Below are positions 36,163 through 47,638 of a stretch of DNA of 64,000 nt, one piece after another. This stretch comes from Escherichia phage vB_EcoM_CRJP21. The notes below the pieces were generated by a model. That model ran no database searches. It was given only the letters and a program-made list of their open reading frames with translations, and was not told where the DNA came from. Where the stretch lies: the sequence record OQ708376.1. One strand, 5' to 3'. The position numbers and the translations under genes were made by a program. Numbering within the stretch: position 1 is the first letter of the stretch; every line of letters starts with the position of its first letter.

Positions 36163-36939
36163 ATGGCAAATAACATGATTAATAAATATGGCGTTCCTTT
36201 ACCATCGGGGCGTAATCGTTCAATGCTACAACCGAAAGCAAAATACAAGTTTCGTGTTATTGTGTATAATTTCGGTACTGATATAGATGAACGTGATCAC
36301 ATCGCATTAGATGTTGATAAAATTGATAGACCTACTGTAACATTTAGTACTCATAAACTATATCAATTTACTACTAATACTTCCTATATAGGTAGTCATG
36401 ATTGGGAACCAATTACTATATCTATACGTGATTCAGTTGGAAATGCATCAGCAAAAGCATTATCACGCCAACTACAAAAACAACTGGACTTTCAACGCAG
36501 AATAACTTCAAGAAATGACCAAGATTATGGTTCTTATAAATTTGGTTTAGTTATACAGATGTTGAGTGGTCGTAACTCAGATGATACACTAGAAAATCTA
36601 GGAAGAGATACACTAGTAGATGCTGCAACTGCTGCAACAAATAATGCTGGCTTAGTAAATGCAGTAGATCAATTTATTGGTGGTTCTTCTTATAACAGTG
36701 CTGGTGTTATGGAATACTTTGTTTTAACCGGATGTGTTATTCAAAACATATCATACGATTCATTAGACTATAGTTCAAGTTCTCCAGTTGAAATGGTAGT
36801 GACTATCAAACCAGATAATTGTATACAATTTGATAACATTGAAGAAATGTATAGTACCAGAATTAATTCACTTTTACCTGAAAATGTCAATCAAGGTTTA
36901 GATATCATTGATCGTGTTTTTGGTAGTGTAGGATTTTAA
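36163..36939 (+). CDS. tail tube protein paralog 2
   Basis: same N-terminal and central blocks as 35382-36068. Confidence 0.5.
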   Translation: MANNMINKYGVPLPSGRNRSMLQPKAKYKFRVIVYNFGTDIDERDHIALDVDKIDRPTVTFSTHKLYQFTTNTSYIGSHDWEPITISIRDSVGNASAKALSRQLQKQLDFQRRITSRNDQDYGSYKFGLVIQMLSGRNSDDTLENLGRDTLVDAATAATNNAGLVNAVDQFIGGSSYNSAGVMEYFVLTGCVIQNISYDSLDYSSSSPVEMVVTIKPDNCIQFDNIEEMYSTRINSLLPENVNQGLDIIDRVFGSVGF

Positions 36940-36950
36940 GGAGATAATGA

Positions 36951-39058
<2,108 letters not shown>

Positions 39059-39085
39059 CTTAAACGACCTTATGGAGTTATTAAA

Positions 39086-39622
39086 ATGAATAGATTACAA
39101 CAAATCCTAACTGAAAAGAAACCAGTTTATGAATACCGAGTTAAGTTTGCAGTTGAACCAACACCTGAGCAACTTAGTAAAGTAACACAGCGACTAATGG
39201 ATCGCTATGATGCGTTTGAAATTGGAGCACTAAAGAAAACAATTTTTATGGAAAAACCATTAGATTTCTATGAATTAGATTGTGGTGAAATTTGGATGTT
39301 TGACTTTAAATGTCATCGTGGCGTTCAATCAAATGTACTAATGTATGAAATTGGCAATTTACTAAGCATGACAGAAGCATTGATTCGTGTTCGTAGTAAA
39401 GATGAACCTCGTCAAATTGAAATGACTGATTTGGAAGATGATATCGATTTTGATGATGTTGATGAACCAGTTATTGGAGTGGATTTTGGTAAACCAGAAG
39501 ACAGTTATGACTTAGCTGGACAACAACGTGCAAACACTGCCGTTGATGATGCAATTGAAGCATCGAAAAAAGACAATAAATACTCTCAATATATGAGTGC
39601 TGGTTTTGGTAAAAAGGATTAA
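39086..39622 (+). CDS. hypothetical protein
   Basis: 178-aa ORF. Confidence 0.5.
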   Translation: MNRLQQILTEKKPVYEYRVKFAVEPTPEQLSKVTQRLMDRYDAFEIGALKKTIFMEKPLDFYELDCGEIWMFDFKCHRGVQSNVLMYEIGNLLSMTEALIRVRSKDEPRQIEMTDLEDDIDFDDVDEPVIGVDFGKPEDSYDLAGQQRANTAVDDAIEASKKDNKYSQYMSAGFGKKD

Positions 39623-39625
39623 CAC

Positions 39626-40168
39626 ATGAGTATACTTAATGAAATGTTAGATTATGAAGACAATGAGTTAAATGAAGCTCGTCCTTATAGTCGTTCACAA
39701 AGTGCAGTTGATAGTGCAAAAGGAAAAGTAAAAGGCTTTTTTGGTAGTGGACAGATTGAACAAGGTGCACAAGAAGTTGGTGCTGAAGCCAACCGCTTAT
39801 GGGCAGAGTTTAAACGTTATGTTGGACGTAAATATGGTAAAGCTCAACCATCAGTACCTTACGCTGATGTGGCACAGTTTTTTAAAGGTAACAATCTTGA
39901 TATTAAACATTTAGGGAACAATCCTCGTCGTTCTTTTACACCAAAAGATGTAGGTACTGCTCTATTAAATGCTGCTCGTGATATAATGAATGACTACCGT
40001 GACCAACAAGGTGGCGAAGAAAGTTCAGAATCACAACCATCACAATCGACCTCAACTGAGCAACCAGCACAACAAGAACAACCAAAAGCACAAGGTTCCA
40101 GTATCCCTGATGCTCTACAAAAATTAAGTCCAGAGCAACGCGACCAACTGTTACGTATGCTTTCTTAA
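39626..40168 (+). CDS. hypothetical protein
   Basis: 180 aa; Ser/Gln/Glu-rich low-complexity tail. Confidence 0.5.
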   Translation: MSILNEMLDYEDNELNEARPYSRSQSAVDSAKGKVKGFFGSGQIEQGAQEVGAEANRLWAEFKRYVGRKYGKAQPSVPYADVAQFFKGNNLDIKHLGNNPRRSFTPKDVGTALLNAARDIMNDYRDQQGGEESSESQPSQSTSTEQPAQQEQPKAQGSSIPDALQKLSPEQRDQLLRMLS

Positions 40169-40181
40169 GGAGAATCAACAC

Positions 40182-41699
40182 ATGGATAATTTTTTCAGTA
40201 CTGAAACTACCACAGTTCCTAATGGATATGTATATACGTCACATACTGGTGCAAAATATGTATTTCTTGAAGGATTCTGGTTCAATGACAATAATATGTT
40301 AATGGTAGACCCTAGAAAATACCCATCCATGTACGCAAGTGCTCGACAACAGATTGTCGAGCACAATCTAGCTTCAAATGAATATAAGATTGGTAACAAA
40401 TATATTGTTGAAGGTAAAGAGTGTACATTTATTGGTGAAAACCGTTTCAATTCAAAAGATGGAATTCTATTAACTGAAAGTGAATTCATCACTGAATTAA
40501 TGGCAGATGATCATCGAGTATATAATGTTTCTAAAGAAACACTACAAAAAGAATGGAATGCATTAAAATTTTACATTCTTCCACCATATGCTGATGATAT
40601 ATCAATTCCAGCAGGTATGGAAGTAAGTGGTTTTAAATTTGTGCCAAAGAATCACCGTTTTGTTGATATGAAATCAGGACGAGCAGTTGATCCAGCAATG
40701 ACCCGTAAACTATCAGATGAAGGTATGCGTATTGCTCGTCAGTTAGCTTCTAAAAATAAACTAATTCCAATCAAATCAACCTTAGTTCAAGGCAATACAC
40801 GTTGTGAGTGGAATGGTAAAGAATTTTGTGATAATGATGGTAATGTAGTAATTCCAGAACAAAATGCACATGCAATTATTAATGCATATCAGCAATTTGT
40901 TAAGAATAACCCAAGTGATTTTCCTACATTAACGGGTGAACAAGAACATAGTGAGCAACGTTTTGGTTCAGGTGAAAAGCCACATAAAGCTTCACACCCT
41001 GCTAAACAGCCAGTATTTGCAACTAAAGAATCAATTAATGAAGCAGATGAAGAAATTGAAGAATTTGAAAGCATTACTGTTCCTGACGGTTATAGAATGA
41101 CTTCTTCTAAAGGAAAAACATACGCTAAGAAAAATAACTTGTGGTATGATATCGAAAGTAAAAAGCAACTTAACACAAGTGCTTCTAAAAGTGTTGAACG
41201 AGCAGCACAGCGTGATATTTTCCGTCATAACAATTCCGGTGCTATGAAAATCGGTACAAAAGTTAAATCCAAACAAGGCAAAGAATATTCGTATGTTGGT
41301 GGTGACAGATTCATTAGTGCTGATGGTAAGTTTATACCAAAAGCAACTGCTGCTAAATTACTTGCCAAATATGAACAAGATAAAGAAGTTAAAAGTGATG
41401 AAACACCTGAAGTAGACTCTGGTACTGAGCAAATTCAATCAAAAGAAGAACCTAAGAAAGAACCAGAATCTGAACAAAAACCAGACGAAGTTTCTGAACC
41501 AGAAACTAAATCTGAAACAATTGCTGGTGATGATGTACAATCATTAGCTTCTAAAATTAAAGAGTCACCTTATGCTAAAAAAATCACAGTACTACTAACT
41601 CGTGGTGATGAGGTTTCTCTACTTGCTGCTGACATTTTACTTTCAGGTAAAAAGGATGAAACAGTGCAAATTTTAAAATCATTAAATAATAATGATTGA
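40182..41699 (+). CDS. hypothetical protein with internal duplication
   Basis: TVPNGYVYTSHTGAKY...KIGNKYIVEGKE repeated as TVPDGYRMTSSKGKTY...KIGTKVKSKQGKE. Confidence 0.5.
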   Translation: MDNFFSTETTTVPNGYVYTSHTGAKYVFLEGFWFNDNNMLMVDPRKYPSMYASARQQIVEHNLASNEYKIGNKYIVEGKECTFIGENRFNSKDGILLTESEFITELMADDHRVYNVSKETLQKEWNALKFYILPPYADDISIPAGMEVSGFKFVPKNHRFVDMKSGRAVDPAMTRKLSDEGMRIARQLASKNKLIPIKSTLVQGNTRCEWNGKEFCDNDGNVVIPEQNAHAIINAYQQFVKNNPSDFPTLTGEQEHSEQRFGSGEKPHKASHPAKQPVFATKESINEADEEIEEFESITVPDGYRMTSSKGKTYAKKNNLWYDIESKKQLNTSASKSVERAAQRDIFRHNNSGAMKIGTKVKSKQGKEYSYVGGDRFISADGKFIPKATAAKLLAKYEQDKEVKSDETPEVDSGTEQIQSKEEPKKEPESEQKPDEVSEPETKSETIAGDDVQSLASKIKESPYAKKITVLLTRGDEVSLLAADILLSGKKDETVQILKSLNNND

Positions 41700-41721
41700 T
41701 AACTAAAAGGATTTATTTAAA

Positions 41722-42702
41722 ATGGCTAAAAAAATTAATGAAGCACAAGTTAAAATCGATATCGCAGGTTTAGAATCTGATGATTTGGAAACTCTATCAC
41801 GTATGTTAGCTCTTGCTGGTCAAGCTGAACGTCAAGACCCAGTAGTTGCCGCTCCAGTACCATCTATGGGGTCTATGACTCCATCTCTTCCACCTATTGC
41901 TCCACTAGATCTCGATTCTATTGGTGCTGAAGAAGAAATTGGTGGAATTGAAACTTCAGTTGAAGACCCACTAGCAGCGGCAGTTGATGATCTTTCCGCT
42001 GATGTTGGTGATTTTGGTGCTGACACAGATGAAGTTAGTATGGATGCTGAATTTTCAGAACCAGGTGTAGAAGGTGAAGAAGATTTTTCTCTTGACCTTA
42101 GTGGTCAACCTCAACTAGAATCAGTTGAAGAAGACGATGAGGAAGAAGAAGAAATTATTGAAGAAGAATTCGATTTTAGTCGTATGCTATCTCTTGCTGG
42201 TATTAACGAAGAAGAAGACGAAGATTTTTCAGTAGAGGGTAATCCTGCTACCGATAAAGAAATGAAAGATACCCAATTTCTACCAGATCTAAGTATCTCT
42301 GAAGATGAAGAACCATCTAACAGTACTGATTATGGTCCATATGAAACAGAAGCTGATGCCGTTCGTGATGGTCAACTAAAGACTAATGGTGTTGAAGGTG
42401 ACCATTTTGTTGTAATTGCAAAAGGCAATCAATTTTATTGGAGACGTGTTGTAGATGAAGATCTTGACAATCGTCCAGAACCTGAGTATTATGATAATGA
42501 AGGGAACGAAAATCGTGTTCATAAATTTGAACCAAAATTCCCAGGCACTGCATTAGGAGATAACCCACTAAATGTTAATGAAAGTGAAGAAGATGATTCA
42601 CCTGAAGGTAACATTGACTTGGAAGATGATTCTGATGAAGAAGTAGAAGATATTTTTGAAAGTCTCCAAGAAAAATACAAGAAATTTTTAGGAGACAAAT
42701 AA
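41722..42702 (+). CDS. highly acidic repeat protein
   Basis: Asp/Glu-rich; SRMLALAGQ and SRMLSLAGINEEED repeats. Confidence 0.5.
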   Translation: MAKKINEAQVKIDIAGLESDDLETLSRMLALAGQAERQDPVVAAPVPSMGSMTPSLPPIAPLDLDSIGAEEEIGGIETSVEDPLAAAVDDLSADVGDFGADTDEVSMDAEFSEPGVEGEEDFSLDLSGQPQLESVEEDDEEEEEIIEEEFDFSRMLSLAGINEEEDEDFSVEGNPATDKEMKDTQFLPDLSISEDEEPSNSTDYGPYETEADAVRDGQLKTNGVEGDHFVVIAKGNQFYWRRVVDEDLDNRPEPEYYDNEGNENRVHKFEPKFPGTALGDNPLNVNESEEDDSPEGNIDLEDDSDEEVEDIFESLQEKYKKFLGDK

Positions 42703-42703
42703 T

Positions 42704-43099
42704 ATGCAATATAATTATCGTGAACTAGTTGAAGCGTTAGACGAAATTACCGGAAGAGATGAAGACGAAAGTTTTTCAGTTGAAGTTGAATCCGATGTTG
42801 TAGCAGTTGATGTTCTTAAGGATATTACCAAATGTCTTATTGATATTGTTGATAAGATTAAATCTGGTGAAGACCAAAAAGAAATTGTAGATAAACTACA
42901 AAAAGCCTGTGACATTTTGTCTGACATTCGATATAATGATGAAAGTACTGAAGTTGCTGATGAAGAAGTGTTGGAAGCCATTGCAGGTTGTTTTGGAACT
43001 GAAGGTATGGGACCATCAATTGACAAAGAAGGCGTACAACACTATAATGAGCCTGGTGCACCATCTTATGCTGCACGTCAAGGTTTTGTTGGAGACTAA
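42704..43099 (+). CDS. hypothetical acidic protein
   Basis: 131-aa ORF immediately after previous stop. Confidence 0.45.
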   Translation: MQYNYRELVEALDEITGRDEDESFSVEVESDVVAVDVLKDITKCLIDIVDKIKSGEDQKEIVDKLQKACDILSDIRYNDESTEVADEEVLEAIAGCFGTEGMGPSIDKEGVQHYNEPGAPSYAARQGFVGD

Positions 43100-43102
43100 T
43101 AT

Positions 43103-43483
43103 ATGTTTCCAGAACCATCACATAACAGTACTGAATATCAAAATAATGTACTTTCCAAAGTTAGGGAAGTACATGAATCAGATTCAGAAATAACAGACCG
43201 TATGCTTCTGATGTCAATTTTTGAAAATTTCAGAACTGGCGGTGGTTTACGTCTTAGCAAGTTTGGGTATGGAATTTGTAAAGAAAATAATCTTTATGAA
43301 TTTACCAAAATCCCCTTGCAAAGAGAATTTAAAAGTTCTATAATGTTTACATCACTTGACAGAATATGTACTTCACCTTATTATGTTGAAGGTCAGTACA
43401 TATATCTGACAGATGCAATGATAATAACTGAATTAACATTGTGTTGTGATGATTTTAAACAGTTATTTTCTATTCATATGTAA
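43103..43483 (+). CDS. hypothetical protein
   Basis: 126-aa ORF. Confidence 0.45.
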   Translation: MFPEPSHNSTEYQNNVLSKVREVHESDSEITDRMLLMSIFENFRTGGGLRLSKFGYGICKENNLYEFTKIPLQREFKSSIMFTSLDRICTSPYYVEGQYIYLTDAMIITELTLCCDDFKQLFSIHM

Positions 43484-43506
43484 GAAAAATGAATTAAAAA
43501 TAAATG

Positions 43507-43534
43507 TTGACAAGATAGAATGATGTGATACAAT
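43507..43534 (+). promoter_or_regulatory. sigma70-type promoter, copy 1 of tandem pair
   Basis: TTGACA, 16 nt, TACAAT. Confidence 0.6.
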
Positions 43535-43599
43535 AAGCATCAGACATAAAGTTTTCAAGCGACACAAGATGTGAGTTTGAAAAAAAAGAAAAAAAGTGA

Positions 43600-43627
43600 T
43601 TGACAAGTTGAAACGATGTGATATAAT
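43600..43627 (+). promoter_or_regulatory. sigma70-type promoter, copy 2 of tandem pair
   Basis: TTGACA, 16 nt, TATAAT; near-identical to the copy 93 bp upstream. Confidence 0.65.
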
Positions 43628-43796
43628 GTTCACATCAAGACAGCAAAGAGATTTACCTTTTAAACACACGGATGATTCATGAAGTAACAAAGGAACTGAT
43701 AAGTTAAATTATTTTAACACAGTTCCTTTACTTTTGCCCACGGATTGGCTATAATAGAAACTTAAACGATTTTATCCAACAAAAGGAAATATATAC

Positions 43797-45122
43797 ATGA
43801 CTACTCAAAACGATATCCTGAACGTTAAACTGACTCCAAAGAAAGCTAAAGAAGCAATGGCACTAGCTGACATGATTCAAGATAGCCTGATGATTTGGGG
43901 TAGCCCAGGTATCGGTAAGTCTGCAATCGCTCGTCAATACGCTGATGAAAATTACCCACTGCGTAAAGATAACGTAGCTAAAATCGAGTTCATGAAACAA
44001 CAAATCGAAGCTGACCCTGAAAATGCTGATCAGCTACGCCGTGAACTGGCTGCATTTGAAGCAAAACTAATCGACCAAGATACTAACTTTATCGATTTCC
44101 GTTTGTCTCAAATCGAACCAAGTGACCTTCGCGGTATTCCAGTACCAGAGAAGCTTTTCCGTAAAACTGACGGTTCTCTTCTGAAAGAATCTGAGCTTGC
44201 CGAAGCAAAAGATTATGTAGCTGAAACTGCGGTAGTATGGGCTGCACCTAAAGTTCTGAAATTGTCCGAAGATTGGAAAGGTGTTATTCTGTTTGACGAA
44301 ATTAACTCTGCAATGCCTATTGTTCAGGCAGCGTCTTATCAGCTAATCCTCGACCGTTGTGTTGGTGAGATGAAGCTACCTAAGACTGCACTGATTCTTG
44401 CAGCAGGTAACCGTGAAACTGATGGCGGTGTAACTTTCTCTCTTGCTACACCACTGCGTGACCGTATGACTCACATTGAGATGATTCCTTATCATCAAGA
44501 TTGGATTAACGATTATGCGATTGCAAAACGTTTGAACCCAGCAACTGTTGCGTTCATCAACAACACTGGTTCTAAGTACTTTAACACACTTAGTCCACAA
44601 GATCCTTCTCACAGTGGTGGTACTTCTCCACGTTCATGGGAAGCAGTAGCACGCTACGAAGATCTCAAGAAAACTAAGACAATTGATAAAGAAGTGTTCC
44701 GTGCAATGATTGCTGGTCGTGTTGGTGAAGGTGTTGCAACTGAATACATTGAGTACGTTGAGAACGTTGCTAAATTACCAGATACTATGTCTATTCTGTC
44801 TGGTGAAATCAAAGAAATCGACGCAACGCTGGATATTTCTGCGAACTACTTTATCACTCTGAACTTGGTTTATAAAATTATCGACCTGTTCAATGAGAAG
44901 CAAGAACAACGTCTACCAGTGGAAGAATGGGGTAAACTGTGTAACAACTTCATCACCTTCCTAGACCATAACTTCTCTGCAACTCAAGCAGAACTGGCAG
45001 TACTGGCAATTCGTACCATCACGCTTCATAAGGTTGCGATTTCCATTAAAGATGTACCAGCGTTTAAAGATTTCATCGCTAAGTACTCTGATCTTGTACG
45101 TAAAGCACGCTCTCTTGGCTAA
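43797..45122 (+). CDS. MoxR-type AAA+ ATPase
   Basis: Walker A GSPGIGKS, Walker B ILFDEINSA; paired with downstream VWA protein. Confidence 0.7.
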   Translation: MTTQNDILNVKLTPKKAKEAMALADMIQDSLMIWGSPGIGKSAIARQYADENYPLRKDNVAKIEFMKQQIEADPENADQLRRELAAFEAKLIDQDTNFIDFRLSQIEPSDLRGIPVPEKLFRKTDGSLLKESELAEAKDYVAETAVVWAAPKVLKLSEDWKGVILFDEINSAMPIVQAASYQLILDRCVGEMKLPKTALILAAGNRETDGGVTFSLATPLRDRMTHIEMIPYHQDWINDYAIAKRLNPATVAFINNTGSKYFNTLSPQDPSHSGGTSPRSWEAVARYEDLKKTKTIDKEVFRAMIAGRVGEGVATEYIEYVENVAKLPDTMSILSGEIKEIDATLDISANYFITLNLVYKIIDLFNEKQEQRLPVEEWGKLCNNFITFLDHNFSATQAELAVLAIRTITLHKVAISIKDVPAFKDFIAKYSDLVRKARSLG

Positions 45123-45142
45123 TTAACAAAGAGTTGTTGACA

Positions 45143-45174
45143 AGAAGGATGCCTAATGGTATCCTTCTTTTATC
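45143..45174 (+). terminator. hairpin / weak terminator
   Basis: agaaggat-10 nt loop-atccttct plus interrupted T-run. Confidence 0.35.
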
Positions 45175-45196
45175 TTAACTAAACGAGGAAATATAC

Positions 45197-46621
45197 ATGT
45201 CAGATAACAAATCTACTTCAAGATTCAATGAAGTATCTCCGGCACTCCAGAAAGAATGTCAAGAACGTCTGGTTCTGGCTCGTACATCTTTGATGTTAAC
45301 TGCACCATTCTTTGGTGTACTCGCTTCACGTTTACGTCCAGTTCCTAATAATACATGGTGTCGTACTCTAGCAGTGGATGGTAAACATCTATTCTACAAC
45401 GTAGAATTTGTAATGGGCATTCAAGACCCATCTAAAAAGAAAGAATATGAAGAAGCTATTCGTGAAAAGCACCCTGAAGTTACAGACGAACAATTAAAAG
45501 AAATGACTGAAGGTTTGACTGATGAAAACCTTGTTGCTGTAATTTGTCATGAAATTCTACACTGTGCTTACGATCACTTCCTTCGTCGTGGTATGCGTGA
45601 TCCACAACGTTATAACCGTGCAGCGGATTATGCCATTAACCAAATCATCGTTCGTGAGAAAATTGGGAAAATCCAAAGTTCATGGTTGTATGATAAAAAA
45701 TATGAAGGCATGACCGCAGAAGAGATTTACATTCTTCTTGAAGAAGAAGAACAAAAAGAAGATGGTGAAGGTGAAGGTCAACCACAAAGTGGCGGCGGTG
45801 AAGGTGAAGGTAAAAATCGCGGTACTTTTGGCGATATTAAAGATGGTAAGGGTAAACCAAAAGGTACTACCATTGACCAGCATGACGTTCCACAAGAAGG
45901 TCAAGAGGGTGGTTCAAGTGAACAGCAAAAACGTGATTACATGGATGATTTCAAAACAGCAATGATGAATGCTGCTCGTGCAGGTGGTACACCAGCAGAA
46001 ATCGCTCGTATGATTAACAACTTTAAAGAACCAAAGATTGACTGGCGTTCAAAACTTCAACGTACACTTCGTAGTTGGTTGAAGTCTGATGCAACATATC
46101 AAAATCCGAATCGTCGTTCTTGGGGTGCAGGTTTTGGTTCTAATGGCTCATTCTATGGTAATCCAATTTACCCAGGGATGAAACCAGATGATGATATTGA
46201 TATTGCGATTGCACTAGATGCTTCTGGGTCTATTTCTGAAGATATGCTTCGTGATTTCATTAGTGAAGTTCTTGGCATCACTAAACAATTCAAACAGTTT
46301 AAGATTCGTATCATGACTTTTGATACTGAAGTTTATACTGTAAAGGATTACAAAACTGGCGAAGAACGTAAGATTCTGGAATATCCAGTAAAAGGTGGTG
46401 GTGGTACTGACTTTGAAGCAGTATGGGTTCATATGAAGAACGACAACTACAAGCCTAAACAGCTTGTAATGTTTACTGATGGTGAACCGTGGCAGTCATG
46501 GGGTGATCCAAACTACTGTAAAACACTGTTCGTGATTCACAGTAACCCAAATAAAGTTGCACCATTTGGTGAGACTGTACACTACGAATATGAAGCTGAT
46601 AAAAAGCGTCAACGTAGTTAA
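45197..46621 (+). CDS. VWA-domain protein with N-terminal HExxH metallopeptidase-like domain
   Basis: HEILHCAYDH; MIDAS DASGS with downstream FDTEV and FTDGEP; Gly/Glu low-complexity linker. Confidence 0.7.
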   Translation: MSDNKSTSRFNEVSPALQKECQERLVLARTSLMLTAPFFGVLASRLRPVPNNTWCRTLAVDGKHLFYNVEFVMGIQDPSKKKEYEEAIREKHPEVTDEQLKEMTEGLTDENLVAVICHEILHCAYDHFLRRGMRDPQRYNRAADYAINQIIVREKIGKIQSSWLYDKKYEGMTAEEIYILLEEEEQKEDGEGEGQPQSGGGEGEGKNRGTFGDIKDGKGKPKGTTIDQHDVPQEGQEGGSSEQQKRDYMDDFKTAMMNAARAGGTPAEIARMINNFKEPKIDWRSKLQRTLRSWLKSDATYQNPNRRSWGAGFGSNGSFYGNPIYPGMKPDDDIDIAIALDASGSISEDMLRDFISEVLGITKQFKQFKIRIMTFDTEVYTVKDYKTGEERKILEYPVKGGGGTDFEAVWVHMKNDNYKPKQLVMFTDGEPWQSWGDPNYCKTLFVIHSNPNKVAPFGETVHYEYEADKKRQRS

Positions 46622-46633
46622 GTACTAAATAAT

Positions 46634-46662
46634 GAGAACGGAAAATTCCGTTCTCTTCTTTT
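46634..46662 (+). terminator. intrinsic terminator
   Basis: gagaacgg-aaaatt-ccgttctc plus ttctttt. Confidence 0.7.
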
Positions 46663-46687
46663 ATAAGTGGGACAACTTATAAAAATA

Positions 46688-46696
46688 TGATATAAT
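46688..46696 (+). promoter_or_regulatory. extended -10 promoter candidate
   Basis: TGaTATAAT. Confidence 0.4.
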
Positions 46697-46730
46697 AGTT
46701 AATGTACCAATATACATGGAGAGTATTAAA

Positions 46731-46976
46731 ATGGAACAAGAAAATAATCAAATTCAACTAACCCTTCTAGACCTAATCAATGCTGCAAAAATCATGGAAG
46801 CTGCTGTTGCACGAAACACCTTTAAAGTTGAAGAACTTGTTGAGGTTGCTCCAGTTGTATCTAAATTTGTTTCTTTTGCAAATGTAGCTCTTGAAGATAT
46901 TAAAGCACAAGAAGATGCAGCTAAAGAAGAAGCTGAATCACAAGATAGTGAAACTCAAGAAGATAAAGGAGAATAA
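46731..46976 (+). CDS. hypothetical acidic protein
   Basis: ATG after ggagag. Confidence 0.45.
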   Translation: MEQENNQIQLTLLDLINAAKIMEAAVARNTFKVEELVEVAPVVSKFVSFANVALEDIKAQEDAAKEEAESQDSETQEDKGE

Positions 46977-46978
46977 TT

Positions 46979-47635
46979 ATGGCAGCTATTCGTCATGTTG
47001 GTGTAATGCGTAATACAGGTTCTCGTGTTTTTGTTGTTTGGCGTTCACTACCAGATGATCCTGAACACTGCCTTATCGTTTATCGTGATTCACTACCAGA
47101 AGCATATGTACACGCAGTAACTGATATTGTTATGGGTCATGGTCAATCTAATATTGATTTGTGGGAAGTAATGCATAAAATTGGTTATCTCGATGGACGC
47201 AAAATGCTAGATGTTCTACACAACATGCAGCATCTACGTCGCGTTCGTACTTGTGATATTGATATGCACACTGGTGGTAATAATAAAATTTCTCTTGATG
47301 TTCTAAACAAAGCATTAGATGAAAATCAAGCGAAAGTACAAGAAGATGGTAAAGTAAAAGACTTTAACCCATTCAATCCACAAGAAGCAGACACTAAAGT
47401 AGAAGAAGCTACTATTGTAGAACAACTTCTCACTGATGCACAAAAATATGAAAAACTGGCTAAAGAACATTATGAACGTGCATACAATTTAGAGCCAAGC
47501 TTGCGTCCGCAAACACAAGTTGTTGAACAACCGAAAGATAGTAAAACAATTTATCTAGAAATTCCAGAAGGTATTTCACAGACTAAAGCTATTGAGAAAG
47601 TAAAACAACTATTTGCAGAACGTAAAGCAAAATAA
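46979..47635 (+). CDS. hypothetical protein
   Basis: 218-aa ORF. Confidence 0.5.
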   Translation: MAAIRHVGVMRNTGSRVFVVWRSLPDDPEHCLIVYRDSLPEAYVHAVTDIVMGHGQSNIDLWEVMHKIGYLDGRKMLDVLHNMQHLRRVRTCDIDMHTGGNNKISLDVLNKALDENQAKVQEDGKVKDFNPFNPQEADTKVEEATIVEQLLTDAQKYEKLAKEHYERAYNLEPSLRPQTQVVEQPKDSKTIYLEIPEGISQTKAIEKVKQLFAERKAK

Positions 47636-47638
47636 AAT

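Noticed and set aside
43463-43690. Minus-strand 75-aa ORF across the 43.5-43.7 kb intergenic region
   Set aside because: It overlaps two strong plus-strand promoters and has no RBS; more likely non-coding.
43734-43755. Third sigma70 promoter (ttgccc ... tataat) upstream of the AAA+ gene
   Set aside because: Spacer is only about 10 nt, so not a functional -35/-10 pair; it could be a MotA-type middle promoter but the box match is poor.
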